A DNA stretch of 64,000 bases from Macrostomum lignano (GCA_002269645.1 NIVC01002796.1:31-64030); one strand, 5' to 3'. Shown: positions 12,976 to 26,312, counted from the stretch's first letter. Notes: generated from the letters alone by a model not told the origin. Numbers and translations are program-made.

Positions 12976-13554
12976 TTGCTTTGAGAGTCGGCTGCACTCA
13001 CAATTTGGCCGGAAGATTTGGAAATTTCTGTTTAATGCATCGGCACCCAAGTCAAAATATTTGTGAAGGGGAAAGGAACAAAGTTGTTTTCATCCTAATT
13101 GATATAACAACTATAACGTCTGGATAATAAACAAATTAAACAAAAGTCTCTCAACGTCTAAATTATTCACTTTCTAGAAGAGAATAATTCGCACGCGCAA
13201 AAAATCTTAATGACAGCAAGTAGTCCACTAGAAGTAGTATAACGTGCGTTTTACAAAGTACAACTTTTTGTCACTAAAAAACTTTGGTTACTCCGATTAT
13301 AACTTTTTACTGCATATCAACAAAGTAAAAAAGGCTGCTTGGCTACCTGACCAGAGAATATCCGTGACTGCCGATGCACGACTTCTGATTTACGAGCTAC
13401 TTTCATCGTTTCTTGCATAAATTTGACAAGATTTTCATTATTTTCTACTGGAATTGCACATGCGTGTACTATGACCCAACGAAATCGGAATTGCTGCTCC
13501 ATAAGAGATCCATATAGCCTAGAGCGGATTGTAAGTCGCTTTGCTCCGTCATTC

Positions 13555-15177
13555 AATCCAAGGACTACTCAAGGACTACTCAATGACTACTCAAGGACTG
13601 ACTACTCAAGGACTGACTACTCAAGGACTGACTACTCAAGGACTGACTACTCAAGGACTGACTACTCAAGGACTGACTACTCAAGGACTACTCAAGGACT
13701 ACTCAAGGACTGACTACTCAAGGACTGACTACTCAAGGACTACTCAAGGACTACTCAAGGACTACTCAATGACTACTCAAGGACTACTCAAGGACTACTC
13801 AAGGACTACTCAATGACTACTCAAGGACTACTCAAGGACTACTCAATGACTACTCAAGGACTACTCAATGACTACTCAAGGACTGACTACTCAAGGACTG
13901 ACTACTCAAGGACTACTCAAGGACTACTCAAGGACTACTCAAGGACTACTCAATGACTACTCAAGAACTACTCAAGGACTACTCAATGACTACTCAAGGA
14001 CTACTCAATGAATACTCAAGGACTACTCAAGGACTACTCAATGACTACTCAAGGACTACTCAATGACTACTCAGGGACTGACTACTCAAGGACTGACTAC
14101 TCAAGGACTGACTACTCAAGGAATACTCAAGGACTACTCAAGGACTACTCCTCAAGAACTACTCAAGGACTACTCAATGACTACTCAAGGACTACTCAAT
14201 GAATACTCAAGGACTACTCAAGGACTACTCAATGACTACTCAAGGACTACTCAAGGACTACTCAAGGACTGACTACTCAAGGACTGACTACTCAAGGACT
14301 ACTCAAGGACTACTCAATGACTACTCAATGACTACTCAAGGACTACTCAAGGACTGACTACTCAAGGACTGACTACTCAAGGACTGACTACTCAAGGACT
14401 GACTACTCAAGGACTACTCAAGGACTGACTACTCAAGGACTGACTACTCAAGGACTACTCAAGGACTACTCAAGGACTACTCAAGGACTACTCAAGGACT
14501 ACTCAAGGACTACTCAAGGACTACTCAATGACTACTCAATGACTACTCAATGACTACTCAATGACTACTCAAGGACTGACTACTCAAGGACTACTCAAGG
14601 ACTACTCAAGGACTACTCAAGGACTACTCAATGACTACTCAATGACTACTCAATGACTACTCAAGGACTGACTACTCAAGGACTACTCAAGGACTACTCA
14701 AGGACTACTCAAGGACTACTCAAGGACTACTCAAGGACTACTCAAGGACTACTCAAGGACTACTCAAGGACTACTCAAGGACTACTCAAGGACTACTCAA
14801 GGACTACTCAAGGACTACTCAAGGACTACTCAAGGACTACTCAAGGACTACTCAAGGACTACTCAATGACTACTCAATGACTACTCAAGGACTGACTACT
14901 CAAGGACTACTCAAGGACTACTCAAGGACTACTCAAGGACTACTCAATGACTACTCAATGACTACTCAAGGACTGACTACTCAAGGACTACTCAAGGACT
15001 ACTCAAGGACTACTCAAGGACTACTCAAGGACTACTCAAGGACTACTCAAGGACTACTCAAGGACTACTCAAGGACTACTCAATGACTACTCAATGACTA
15101 CTCAAGGACTGACTACTCAAGGACTACTCAAGGACTACTCAAGGACTACTCAAGGAATACTCAAGGACTACTCGAGT
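13555..15177. repeat. 1.6-kb satellite of interspersed 11-bp (GACTACTCAAG / GACTACTCAAT) and 15-bp (GACTGACTACTCAAG) units
   Basis: Seen directly. Confidence 0.98.
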
Positions 15178-15678
15178 AGATGGACGGGAAACACGTTTTT
15201 GGGAAATTTTAAAAGGCAGGTTTTACTGAAGTAGTACATTGCGTAGATGGGAGGTTTTCATTTTTTCAGCATAATTGGGTCTTTTAACGGCTAGGAAGAC
15301 CCAATGTTCACATTTTGATGTGTCTTTATGTTCATGCTATATCCTACGTACATGTCCTGTATCTAACAATCATAAAAAATGACACGGCTCCGTTGGTTTT
15401 AAAAATATCGATTTTTTCATCATGTTAAAAACTTTGTTGCTCAGTCATTCAGCTAAGAATGATAAAATACTCGTAGATTCATAAAGCCAATGAGTCGATT
15501 TGTGCCATTTTTAAATGATTTTTTAGGCGCAGTGCATATAATATTGTACGGAGAATATAAAATTTACATAGAATTATAATTTTTGAACAAAAATCTTTAT
15601 GAGTATCAACAGAGCTATAAGAACTAAAATTTTCCAAGAAACGAAGTTTCCTGTCCTTCTACTTGAGTAGTCCTTGAC

Positions 15679-18600
15679 TTAATCGTCCCTGCCGCCGGTG
15701 CCTCGCAGCTCCTCAATCCTGGCGCCCTCCAGTGCAGCGCGCAGCTCCTCCAGTCGGGTGAGCAGTGCGAAGCCCTCCTGGCTGAACTCATCCTCCTCCA
15801 GCTGCCAGCGGGTGCAGCTCAGCCGGTTGCGCAGTTTTCTCAGTGTGACCGACTGGTAGTACAGGTAGAACAGGTGCACAAAGTTCCTGGTATTCTGCGC
15901 CAGCACGTCTAGCATTGTGCGGCGTCGAGGCGCCAGACCGATGAGGCGCCGTAGCAGAGAGACCAGCAGCCAGGCCGCCAGGTTGCGGCCCTCCAACAGC
16001 AGGTTGAGCGGTGCCGGCAGCGGGGAGCGCTTGGTGAACTCCCGGCTGAGGTCGTAGCGCTCAAATAGCCAGAGCGACTTGGACTCGGAGTCGACCATAT
16101 CGACGGTCTTGCTGAACATGGCCACGATGACGTTCAGGAGCAGCACCTGCACGATCACGATGTACGCTGCCATGAGACCGTACGGCACCAGCACATTGCC
16201 AGGGAAGCCGACGCACTTCTCTGCAATCATTGACTCCGTTGCCAGCTGGGTGGACACGTTGGCGCTTGTTGGAGCGTCGCACTCTTTCTTCAGGTCGTCC
16301 AGGCCGTACTCGCCTGCTCAGTAGCAATAAGTTCGAGACAGTAGCGATAGGTTGAGCATCATAAATTCATAAGAGATAGCCCACTGAGGGGGGGGGGGTA
16401 GTGCGTCGGCTAAAGTACATTGGTTCGATTCAGCGCGTGACCGCATTAATTTGGGGCTCAATGTACGTACACTTGGTGAGTCACGATGAGAAATTCAAGT
16501 GCCGCTGTGCTCCCTGTGTGAGCGTGTGTATGAGTTTATGAGTCTGCTTTTAGTTATTCATGCTTATATACTTGTAAATTGTCTCTTGACGTGCTAGGGG
16601 GCTGTAGCCTAGTGGTCAGAGCGTCGGACTCACGACTTGAAGGTCGGGGGTTCGATTCTCAACTCACTCGGAATAATTTATATCCATGAGCAAGACACTT
16701 AACTCTGCATTGCTTCAGTTCACCCAGCTGTAAAATGGGTGCCAGCATTAGCTGGGGTAATTGAGGGTGTGTGTGGCGACCCCCCAGTCCTTGGACTGAA
16801 CAGCCGTACGCAGCCTTCAGATGCGCCGCGCAATAGCTGCGGCTGAGCTGTCGGTTGCGCATCTCTTTCATCTGATTTACTCACCAACAATAGTATAAAA
16901 GGTCCTGTGAAACATTTCCACAAGAATCTCCGCTGTTGGAATCTCGTTGATGCGGCCCTGGCTGTAGAACTTTGCATTTGGCCACAGGAGGGCGTGGAAA
17001 GTGGTTCCGAATCCCACCATGATCACCACAAGGATGTACAGAAACGGGATGAAGTCCTTTCTGACGATGAGAGACAGCATCTTCAGCTTGACGCCGACAG
17101 ACTCGAGCACCACTGAGATGTAGAGGATGCGAATCCAGAAGATCAGCGTGGTGATGACTATCAGTACGTAGCTGACGTCGCCCCAGCCTTTGCCGTGCTC
17201 GCTGAGCATGCCGCCGAGCACCAGCAGATGTTGCGAATCCATCTGTCTGGCTGCAAAGGCCAGGAAGCCGCAGAGGATTGCAACCAGGTCCATGGCATTC
17301 CAGCCGTCAGTCAGGTAGACCGCCAGTGTCTCCTGGCGCCAAGCGGAGACCACCTCGCGCAGCTCCTCGACTAGAACGCCAAGCAGGGTCAGGTAGCAGA
17401 ACACCTCTGTGGGGCTGGCGTCTCCCTGAAAATGAAAAAGGGCACTCCGCGTTGTAAGGGTTGGGAGACTGCCGATTAGCGCCAGTGATCTTTAATCTCT
17501 TCCTGTTTAAACTTTAGATCCTCCAAATTAATTAGTAAATATTTTGTATCCTTCGATTGACTGCATTTTTTGGACAGGGGTCTAAAGTCGGAGCTGGAGC
17601 TGAATTAACCTCGTATTTCAAAGCACAGCTTTGGCCACTTGCTCCGCCCTCCATTGTGTCCTCTCGCACTTTTTTATATTTTCTCCTCTCTGCTCTCCTC
17701 TCTCTTCTCTCTCCCCCATCTCCTCTCTGCTCTCTCTTCTCTCTCCCCCCATCTCCTCTCTGCTCTCTCTTCTCTCTCTCCCCCATCTCCTCTCTGCTCT
17801 CTCTTCTCTCTCCCCCATCTCCTCTCTGCTCTCTCTTCTCTCTCTCCCCCATCTCCTCTCTGCTCTCTCTTCTCTCTCTCTCCCATCTCCTCTCTGCTCT
17901 TCTCTCTCTCCCCGATCTTCTCTCTGCTCTCTCTTCTCTCTCTCCCCCATCTCCTCTCTGCTCTCTCTTCTCTCTCCCCCATCTCCTCTCTGCTCTCTCT
18001 TCTCTCTCCCCCATCTCCTCTCTGCTCTCTCTTCTCTCTCTCCCCCATCTCCTCTCTGCTCTCTCTTCTCTCTCTCCCCCATCTTCTCTCTGCTCTCTCT
18101 TCTCTCTCTCCCCCATCTCCTCTCTGCTCTCTCTTCTCTCTCCCCCATCTCCTCTCTGCTCTCTCTTCTCTCTCCCCCCTTCTTCTCTCTGCTCTCTCTT
18201 CTCTCTCCCCCATCTCCTCTCTGCTCTCTCTTCTCTCTCTCCCCCATCTCCTCTCTGCTCTCTCTTCTCTCTCTCCCCCATCTCCTCTCTGCTCTTCTCT
18301 CTCCCCCATCTCCTCTCTGCTCTCTCTTCTCTCTCTCCCCCATCTCCTCTCTGAACTTCTCTCTCTCCCCCATCTCCTCTCTGCTCTTCTCTCTCCCCCA
18401 TCTCCTCTCTGAACTTCTCTCTCTCCCCCATCTCCTCTCTGCTCTTCTCTCTCCCCCATCTCCTCTCTGCTCTCTCTTCTCTCTCCCCCCATCTCCTCTC
18501 TGCTCTCTCTTCTCTCTCTCTCCCATCTCCTCTCTGCTCTTCTCTCTCTCCCCGATCTTCTCTCTGCTCTCTCTTCTCTCTCTCCCCCATCTCCTCTCTG

Positions 18601-21600
18601 CTCTCTCTTCTCTCTCTCCCCCATCTCCTCTCTGCTCTTCTCTCTCTCCCCCATCTCCTCTCTGCTCTCTCTTCTCTCCCCCCATCTCCTCTCTGCTCTC
18701 TCTTCTCTCTCTCTCCCATCTCCTCTCTGCTCTTCTCTCTCCCCCCATCTCCTCTCTGCTCTCTCTTCTCTCTCTCCCCCATCTCCTCTCTGCTCTTCTC
18801 TCTCTCCCCGATCTTCTCTCTGCTCTCTCTTCTCTCTCTCCCCCATCTCCTCTCTGCTCTTCTCTCTCTCCCCCATCTTCTCTCTGCTCTTCTCTCTCTC
18901 CCCCATCTTCTCTCTGCTCTCTCTTCTCTCTCTCCCCATCTCCTCTCTGCTCTTCTCTCTCTCCCCCATCTTCTCTCTGCTCTCTCTTCTCTCTCTCTCC
19001 CATCTCCTCTCTGCTCTTCTCTCTCTCCCCCATCTCCTCTCTGCTCTTCTCTCTCTCCCCCATCTCCTCTCTGCTCTTCTCTCTCTTCTCTCTCTCCCCC
19101 ATCTCCTCTCTGCTCTGCTCTCTCTTCTCTCTCCCCCCACCTCTTCACTAATATTTTATCATCTCTCCTCGCTCCTCCCTTTCCCATCTCCTTTTTTCTG
19201 TCTCCTTCCTCTTATCTTTTGTTCGTCTTCCTTTCTTCCCTCCTCGTCTGCAGTACCAAATCTATAGAATTAACCATTTTTTATTAGAGGCAGGGTAGCT
19301 GTGTACTGGCGCACCCTGGCGCACTTTAAGTGGCATTGTCACACAACCGGCGAGAGGCATTGCTGTGTAGCAGTTCTTTGTAGCAGCTTGGTTATCCATT
19401 TATCGTTGTACTTTTTCTCTTCGTTGTTTACCCCTTCTGTGGACCTCAACCACAGACAATGAAAGTTAAACAATACTGTACGCTGCGTATTAAGTTACAC
19501 CTCTAAGATTTATCAAGACAAAAAGTATACTCGCCCCTGAGCACAGTGAGCAGGCACACAAGCGCGCGGATACGTACGCAGTCATACGCACAGGCACACA
19601 CTCACACAGGAGTGTACAGCGCTCCCAGCGTTATTTATCGTTAGGCATGTACACTTTACTGTGCATTGGGGGTCGGCCCTCAAGACAGGCCGAGATTCCA
19701 ATTTAGCCCCCAAATGAATATGACTGCACTTGGAATCGAGCCTGGGCCGCTGGAACATGGGAGCGCCGCGCTAGACTGCTGGACTGCGGCCCCTCCAATT
19801 AAATCAATTAAAATGTCCTGCAGCAATGAACTGGATATCCATCTGGCCCTGAAGGTATAAAAGATTGCCGATCCATGATTCTGGACGAGAAACAGTGCTG
19901 ATTTCCCACTTCCCAGTTTCATTCCTCATCGATTGCTCCCTTCCCAGAGCCGCTGGTCACCTGAAAGTCGTGCAGTATCACGTAGGACAGCAGGCCGATG
20001 AACACAAACGAGGCCGCCGCGTGCAAGCGAAACTTGACGCACGGCGTGTTGTAAAACAGCGCCAGCTCGCTGCCGAACTCGCTCGCTCGCTGCCACAGGC
20101 GGCGACTGCGCGCTTCCAGTTCAGAGTCCTGTCGTCGGCGTCGGCGTCTGGCCACCTGGAAATCCGAGGCGAGCAGACGGAACGTCTCCGGACAGTTGCC
20201 CGGATGTTCGGTTGGTCCGGAATCGTTGAGCACCGAGTCGAGGAAGGCGCGCGTGCCAGGACCGCGGAACCGGCGCAGCAGGCCGGGCAGGAAGAGCAGC
20301 AGCGGTGGAACGAACCCGGCCGCAATCACCAGCTCGCGCAGGGCAGGCTTGCGGAAGTTGAAAAAGTCCCCATACCAGTTCTTCTCCGTTGCCAGTTCAA
20401 CAATGTCCAGCTTGATGAAACTGCCCGCCCCGCCTCGAGCAGACAGGTCAAGAATCGTGTAGTTAGCGTAGTTGGGCAGAGGCATACTCACGTAGCTGAT
20501 GGTGAGGCAGTTGCCGGGTGAATCGTCAACCTCCTTCACCTGCTTGATCACTTTGACGGCCATCGCCTCGCAGATGTCGGCGATGCGACCGGCCCGGTCA
20601 GCGAACACGTCCTCGATGTCGCGTCGACGTGCCAGTGAGCGGAGCAGCGTTGCGGCGAGCAAGGCTAGCGGCACCAGGTCGAACTCCTCCTGCTGCAGCA
20701 AGATCGGCACCAGGCCCGGCCGGCCGCTCAGGATCGCCCACAGCACCAGCGACTGGGCGGGGTCTCGGAGCGGCCGCTTCTGGCACCAGTCGTCGCCGCC
20801 GCGTCGCTCTCCAAAGTCGAACACCATCTGGCGGCTGGCGAACTGCCAGTAAGTGGTGAGCTCGGCCAGCAGCTTGTTGAGCCTTGCAAACGAGATCGAA
20901 GTGCCGCCGTCGATGCAGCACCGCTGCTGGAGCAGCTCGCGCACGCCTGCCTTCTGCTTGCGCAACGTCTTGGCATACAATTTGTCGATGGCAACCTCCA
21001 GTTGGCGGGAGAGCGCTCTCCAGAGGTGCCGATGTTCAACCAGCCGCTTCAGCAGGCGCGTGTTCTCGGCAAACAGCACCAGCTGGCACAGCTGCCAGGT
21101 GATCCGACTCAGCAGGCCGCTGGACTCGAGGCTGCAGCTCAATCCGGCCTGGAAGGCGGCGATCAGAGCATCAATGAGCTGCTTGGCGTCCACGGTGCGA
21201 CGGGAGGCAGCCAGCTCAAGCCTGGACAGCTGCCATTGCCGCTGCTTCACCGCCTCTTCATCTTCTTCGGCTTCCAAGCCCTCCGGGTCCAAGTCCTTTG
21301 CTTCAGCTCTCTTTGACTGTCCATCAATGTCGCTGTCAATGAGCAGCAACTGGCGCACGAACTCGCGACCTTCAAAAGAGGCGAACACCCCGATTATGTC
21401 CTGGCCGTTATTGAACTGTCGAAGGCGGCGCATCAGGTGCCTGCCGAGGCAGTCGATGCCGGATGTGTCCGGGCCCTGCAGCAGCAAATCGACCGGCGTC
21501 TGGCCGCGACTATCAGCCAGAGAGAAGTCGGCACCGTGACAGAGCAGCTGGCCAAGCAGCTCATGATTCTCACACGAGGCGGCAATATGCAGGCCAGTGC

Positions 21601-22108
21601 TGCCGCTGCTATTCCGACTGTTGACAATGGAAGGCTTTGCCCGCAACAGGAGGTCGGCGATGCGGCCACACTCGGCGTAGCAGGCCACGTGCAGCGCGTT
21701 GTCGCCGATGGCGTCGAGCTGAGTCGGATCGGCGCCGCACCGGAGCAGCTCGCGGGCGACGCCTTTGCTGCGCTCGCCCGCCGCTGCAGCCAGGTGGAGC
21801 GGCCGGTCGCCTGCCGAGTTTGGCCGGTCCGCATTGGCGCCGAACGTCAGCAGCAGCTCGGCGCACTCGGTCAGACCGGCAGCGGCGCACGCGTGCAGCG
21901 CCGAGTCTCCGCGGTCATCTGGCGCTTCAATGGCGCCAGCGCCGGCAATGTCAACCAACTGCAGCAGCACTTGGCGCAGCTTGTCGGGCTGGTTGTCTCG
22001 CACAGCGTCGTGCAGCTGCGCCGCCAGCTCGCCGCTGGGGTCGCTCGCGGCGGCCTCTTGGGAGCCGGCGGCGTTACTGGAGTCTCCAGACGGTGGCGAC
22101 TCAGACAT
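15679..22108 (-). CDS. TRPM-family-like cation channel with N-terminal ankyrin repeats (~1107 aa)
   Basis: Coding exons 22108-19961, 17425-16885, 16313-15679, with consistent phases 0 and 1. Ankyrin repeats: GDSALH, GDRPLH, GDNALH, GSTGLH. TRPM MHR4-like LVLWAILSGR...LVPLALLAATLLRSLA; pre-S1 FYNTPCVKF; S1-S6; pore TFYTIVGEYG; TRP helix LLNVIVAMFSKT...WLFERY...PLPAPLNLL. An acceptor at 22153 implies an upstream exon, probably UTR. Confidence 0.88.
16597..16865 (+). mobile_element. tRNA-derived SINE with CORE-like central domain, copy 1
   Basis: A box TAGCCTAGTGG and B box GGTTCGATTC. GAGCAAGACACTTAACTCTGC...CAGTTCACCCAGCTGTAAAATGGG resembles the MIR/CORE block. Near-identical to the copies at 57456 and 62526; the 3' end is shorter. 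Confidence 0.82.
17684..19145. repeat. CT-rich polypyrimidine minisatellite (~28-32-bp variable unit CTCTCTTCTCTCTCCCCCATCTCCTCTCTG)
   Basis: Seen directly; source of the spurious 250-550-aa ORFs. Confidence 0.97.
19533..19623 (-). mobile_element. Short dispersed element (GCTGTACAC..CTGTGTGAG.GTGTG...GCGCTTG...TGCTCAGG family)
   Basis: The reverse complement aligns by eye with 59706-59789, 42867-42945, 61735-61813 and 16504-16547. Confidence 0.6.
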
Positions 22109-22467
22109 TGCAGGCCTAGCTGAGGCGGGCAGCAGTGCGCCAACGGCTTTCGCTTGCAAAATAGAGAGAGAGAGAGAGACCAGGTAATCTTGAGTGTCAG
22201 TCTGCTGTCTGCCTGTATGCAGCGGAGAATTCAACCGGATCCGACGGCCGCTAATGCTGGTCCTCCCCCGAGGCCCTGCGAATCAAAAGCCAGGCTTCGT
22301 TAGGCACCGAAAAATCTCCCAGCTAAAAAATACCTGCACAAGTCCCTCTCTCACCTTTCCCTTGGTTGCTAACCTGGACCAGGTGGCACAAATGAACCTA
22401 TTGAACCTGCAAACTTTGGGATTGCCTTCCTCTGACTGAGCAGACATAGAAAGTTGAGTTATTCCTG

Positions 22468-22540
22468 CTACTTCCGGTGCAATACCACTTCCGGGGTTGC
22501 AATGAGCTCTCAAGTTCTCTTTGAGACAAACGGAAGTCTG
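22468..22540. promoter_or_regulatory. Candidate promoter with three ETS/GABP cores (CGGAAGT; two as ACTTCCGG)
   Basis: ACTTCCGG at ~22470 and ~22487 and CGGAAGT at ~22531, just upstream of a putative 5'-UTR donor (~22334, minus strand) of the ANK-TRPM gene. Confidence 0.4.
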
Positions 22541-23354
22541 AGCGGCAACTGAAGTTTTCCTATTTTAACAGCGTTTTTTCCTGAATACAGGTCCGCTTTG
22601 TGGCAGAATTGGGGTCGAATATTTGTTTTTTTCATTCTTTTCACTCCGATTTCGTTACTAACTGCGTTTAGTCTCGCAAAATCAGTTTAACAAACGAGAC
22701 AGAAAATTAGGGAAAATTTCCACTTGATAAGAATCAAGGCAAGAATCAAATTGATTGTCCCTTGCAAAATCTTTCAACTTCATGTTTTACTACCCTACTT
22801 ACAACGGGGAAATCCGATGAGTAGTAAAAATAGCGTTTTTCGTTATTATAGAATCTTGGAATTCCTTTTTATCACTCTGCTTTTCTGTGATTTATATTTC
22901 CGCGTTCTTTGCCAAATGCTTACTGTTAGTAGAAATATATGGCTCTTTCGTATGAATTATGCGATAAAAATTAGAAGGAAGCAAAATCGGCTGACTCAGC
23001 ACGCACAAGACAGGAATTCTCTGCTGAGCCAGCGCATTGTACGGAGATGACGACACTCGCATAAATCACTGGGCCAATCAGTCACTGCTGCACTGGCTCT
23101 CGACAAGAAGTGAGGTCATGCCCAGGCACCCTGGCCAGCAGCAGTCATCGCCTTGACGAATCCCCTCTCGATCGTGATTCATACCTTGAGTCATGGTATG
23201 TCTTATAGATATTCTGTACGCTATGTTGGATATGTTTAAGTTGTCCACAAGTATATGCAGAGCGTTTGAAAATTAAAGTTTACAGATACTACAAAGGCAT
23301 GTATATCTATAAATCTGAAATATACATACATCCATACATACATAAATAGATCGA

Positions 23355-23923
<569 letters not shown>

Positions 23924-26312
23924 GCCTCACCGGGTATAATTAAGCATGGCAGCAGGCCCCACAGCACAACGGTCAGAGAGCAGGCAGGAAGAATTGACGG
24001 AAATGTCACTGGGTGGCACCCGGGCGCCGCCCACCTCAGGCATTCTCTGCATAATCAGCTGCTGCACTTTCCCACGCGAAGAGCTTGCTGTGGGGGGGCT
24101 TCTCTCTGCAGCAGACTCGCACACCTGGGCTTTCCTGCTTTCTACCACACTTTACGAGCGGGTATTGCCAGGTGCTGAACTCTCGCTACCCGCCCGTGCA
24201 CCGGCGCGCCATTGCTTTAGCGGAAAGCCTAACAGTCTTCTTGATTTCCGCTCCCTACCGCACAGGCGGCACAGGCTATTGCGTGGGCGGGCATGCAGGT
24301 TCGAATCGCTCGCATTTCCGACCCCTTCGGGGGTTTTCTCTTCGTCTGTCTTTAAATGACTTTTGATCGCAAGGTATTGAGGCCTGCTGACTGATAAGGA
24401 ATTAATTGCGAGCGTACATAAGCCAACCAGCGAATTAGTTGATTATATTTAGTATAGCACAGGCATCCGTGGACGCTCATTGAGCAGGAGGTCAGAAAAC
24501 CACTGTAGCAACAACTATTTGTTTAGCTTTACTATTGGTTTTGCTACTACAGTGGTCCTTGTCACTCCATCCGGCCCTCGGGCCCTTTGAAACTTCGTAA
24601 TAGAATTTCCCCAGCTCTCTTCTCTTCTCTTTCTTATCCTCTCATCTCTCATCTCCTCTGACCTCTGGTACAGAGACGGTGAGGCCATGTCATCTCCTTG
24701 AGTTTGTATTTTACTGTATCCCGTATTGATGTAAAGGTTATAATTAAATATGCACTACGTATATTCGCCTAGTTTTATGTCACTTACGTACAGCTCTCAA
24801 AATGTTTATAAAAGTTTTATTTTGTTTAATCTTCACTTGACATACAGGAAATCCTCAATGTTAGTGCTTAAAAAATGGGCGTATACCGTACATAATTTAA
24901 TCATTTGTGCTTTGCATATCTGCTTTACTGCCCTGCGGATTCATTTGTGCCGCGGGTAAATAAGGCTAAGACGCAATTCTGCTTTATTAGGCAGCATAGG
25001 TTTTGCTTTTCCAGTGCAAAAGCAGTTCAGCGTGGCTGAATAAGCGAGAGAGTAAGGGGCCAGAGGCCGTACCGCATGACCAATTGGTGACGCCTTATCT
25101 GTAGAATGTTCGCGAAAGACCAAAATAGGCCACCACCCCATAGTGAGTCACGCAGTAAAACGGGGGGGGGTGATCGCACTGGGGTTGACCTCAAGGCTAT
25201 TGCAGATCTATTTTTAGCAACAGCACACGCACACGCAGTAATCCCCTCATAGCTTAGTATGGTAACCGACGGGGGCATTTGAAGTGCAAATCCAGTTCAG
25301 ACTTCCGACTTCCGAGCCAATCGCTCCCAATCCCGATGAGCAAAAACGGCGGTGAGTCACGCGGAATGAGCGCCGCACCCGCTACGGAAAGTGAAAGTCT
25401 TATTAATATATAGCTTTGCATATCAGAATTTATTACAGTTTTAGTTTATATTTAACAATTAATAACGCAGTATATAAACATATCCAACTATTTAATAAAA
25501 CATTACTGCAAGCCGCCAAGAGTAACCAACTGACACGAGCGTAGACGATGGCGCGGATGACAGTTTACTGAATAAAATGGATATACAAAAATGAAACCTG
25601 CAGATAAAGCTCTGATAAAGAATTCGGGTTAATAATAACAATAATATAATTTTATAAGGCTTATATAATAAACAAAAATGATGCGCTCTTCTCTGTATTT
25701 TTAAACAAAATAACATTTAGATGCGAAAAACAGCAGATCAAACTTAACTGTGTACAGAGCAAGGCAAAAGACCTATATTTATAAAACCTGTTCTCTGGTA
25801 AAAATTGTTTTTTTATTTTTTTGATTACTTTCTTACGCTGGCTAGAAAAGAGACAGATTATGCATTGAAAATGCTTCAAAGGCCTTTATCAGCTAGATAA
25901 AAATATAAGGAGCAAAAATAACAGGCAGAGAAGAGCGGGGGCGGTTGTATCATAGAGTAAAAATAAGCAGTGAACTATTAGCAATTTATATAAATATAAA
26001 ATTGGTGCTTGGGGTGAAGGCGCAAAAATCAATTATCAAATCTTAACTACAATAGCACACAGTTATTAGCAAGTGCTAAGCAGTGCTCCTACATTTAATC
26101 GAAAAGATGAAATACTTAGTTGCTAATATGATTAAATTGGCTATCAGGCATCTAGAATTATAAGTGACATATACAGCCAAAACAATCAGCATATTTAGTC
26201 AACCTAAGGTTTATAACCAAAACGCAGTTCCAGTATTAATCGCAATAGTTTGTATAATTGTTGAAATGAATACGCGAACAAGGGTGAAGCGGTCAGAGAG
26301 TTAACACTGAAT

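Noticed and set aside
17532-19187. Long ORFs (250-550 aa) over the CT-rich array, and similar ORFs over the GATA, CCGCTA, 24-bp and 25-bp arrays
   Set aside because: Open in several frames and on both strands purely because of repeat composition; they lie in introns or intergenic DNA.
19865-22187. Multiple plus-strand ORFs overlapping the ANK-TRPM exon, and similar ones over mex3 and ITPR exons
   Set aside because: Antisense shadows of GC-rich coding sequence with no recognisable motifs.
24285-24345. GGTTCGAATC plus a UUCG hairpin as a tRNA or ribozyme
   Set aside because: No A box or cloverleaf, and no hammerhead or HDV core could be built.
24499-24557. ACCACTGTAG...CTACAGTGGT hairpin as a pre-miRNA or MITE
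   Set aside because: Only ~10 bp pair cleanly, there is no second copy and no clear TSD.
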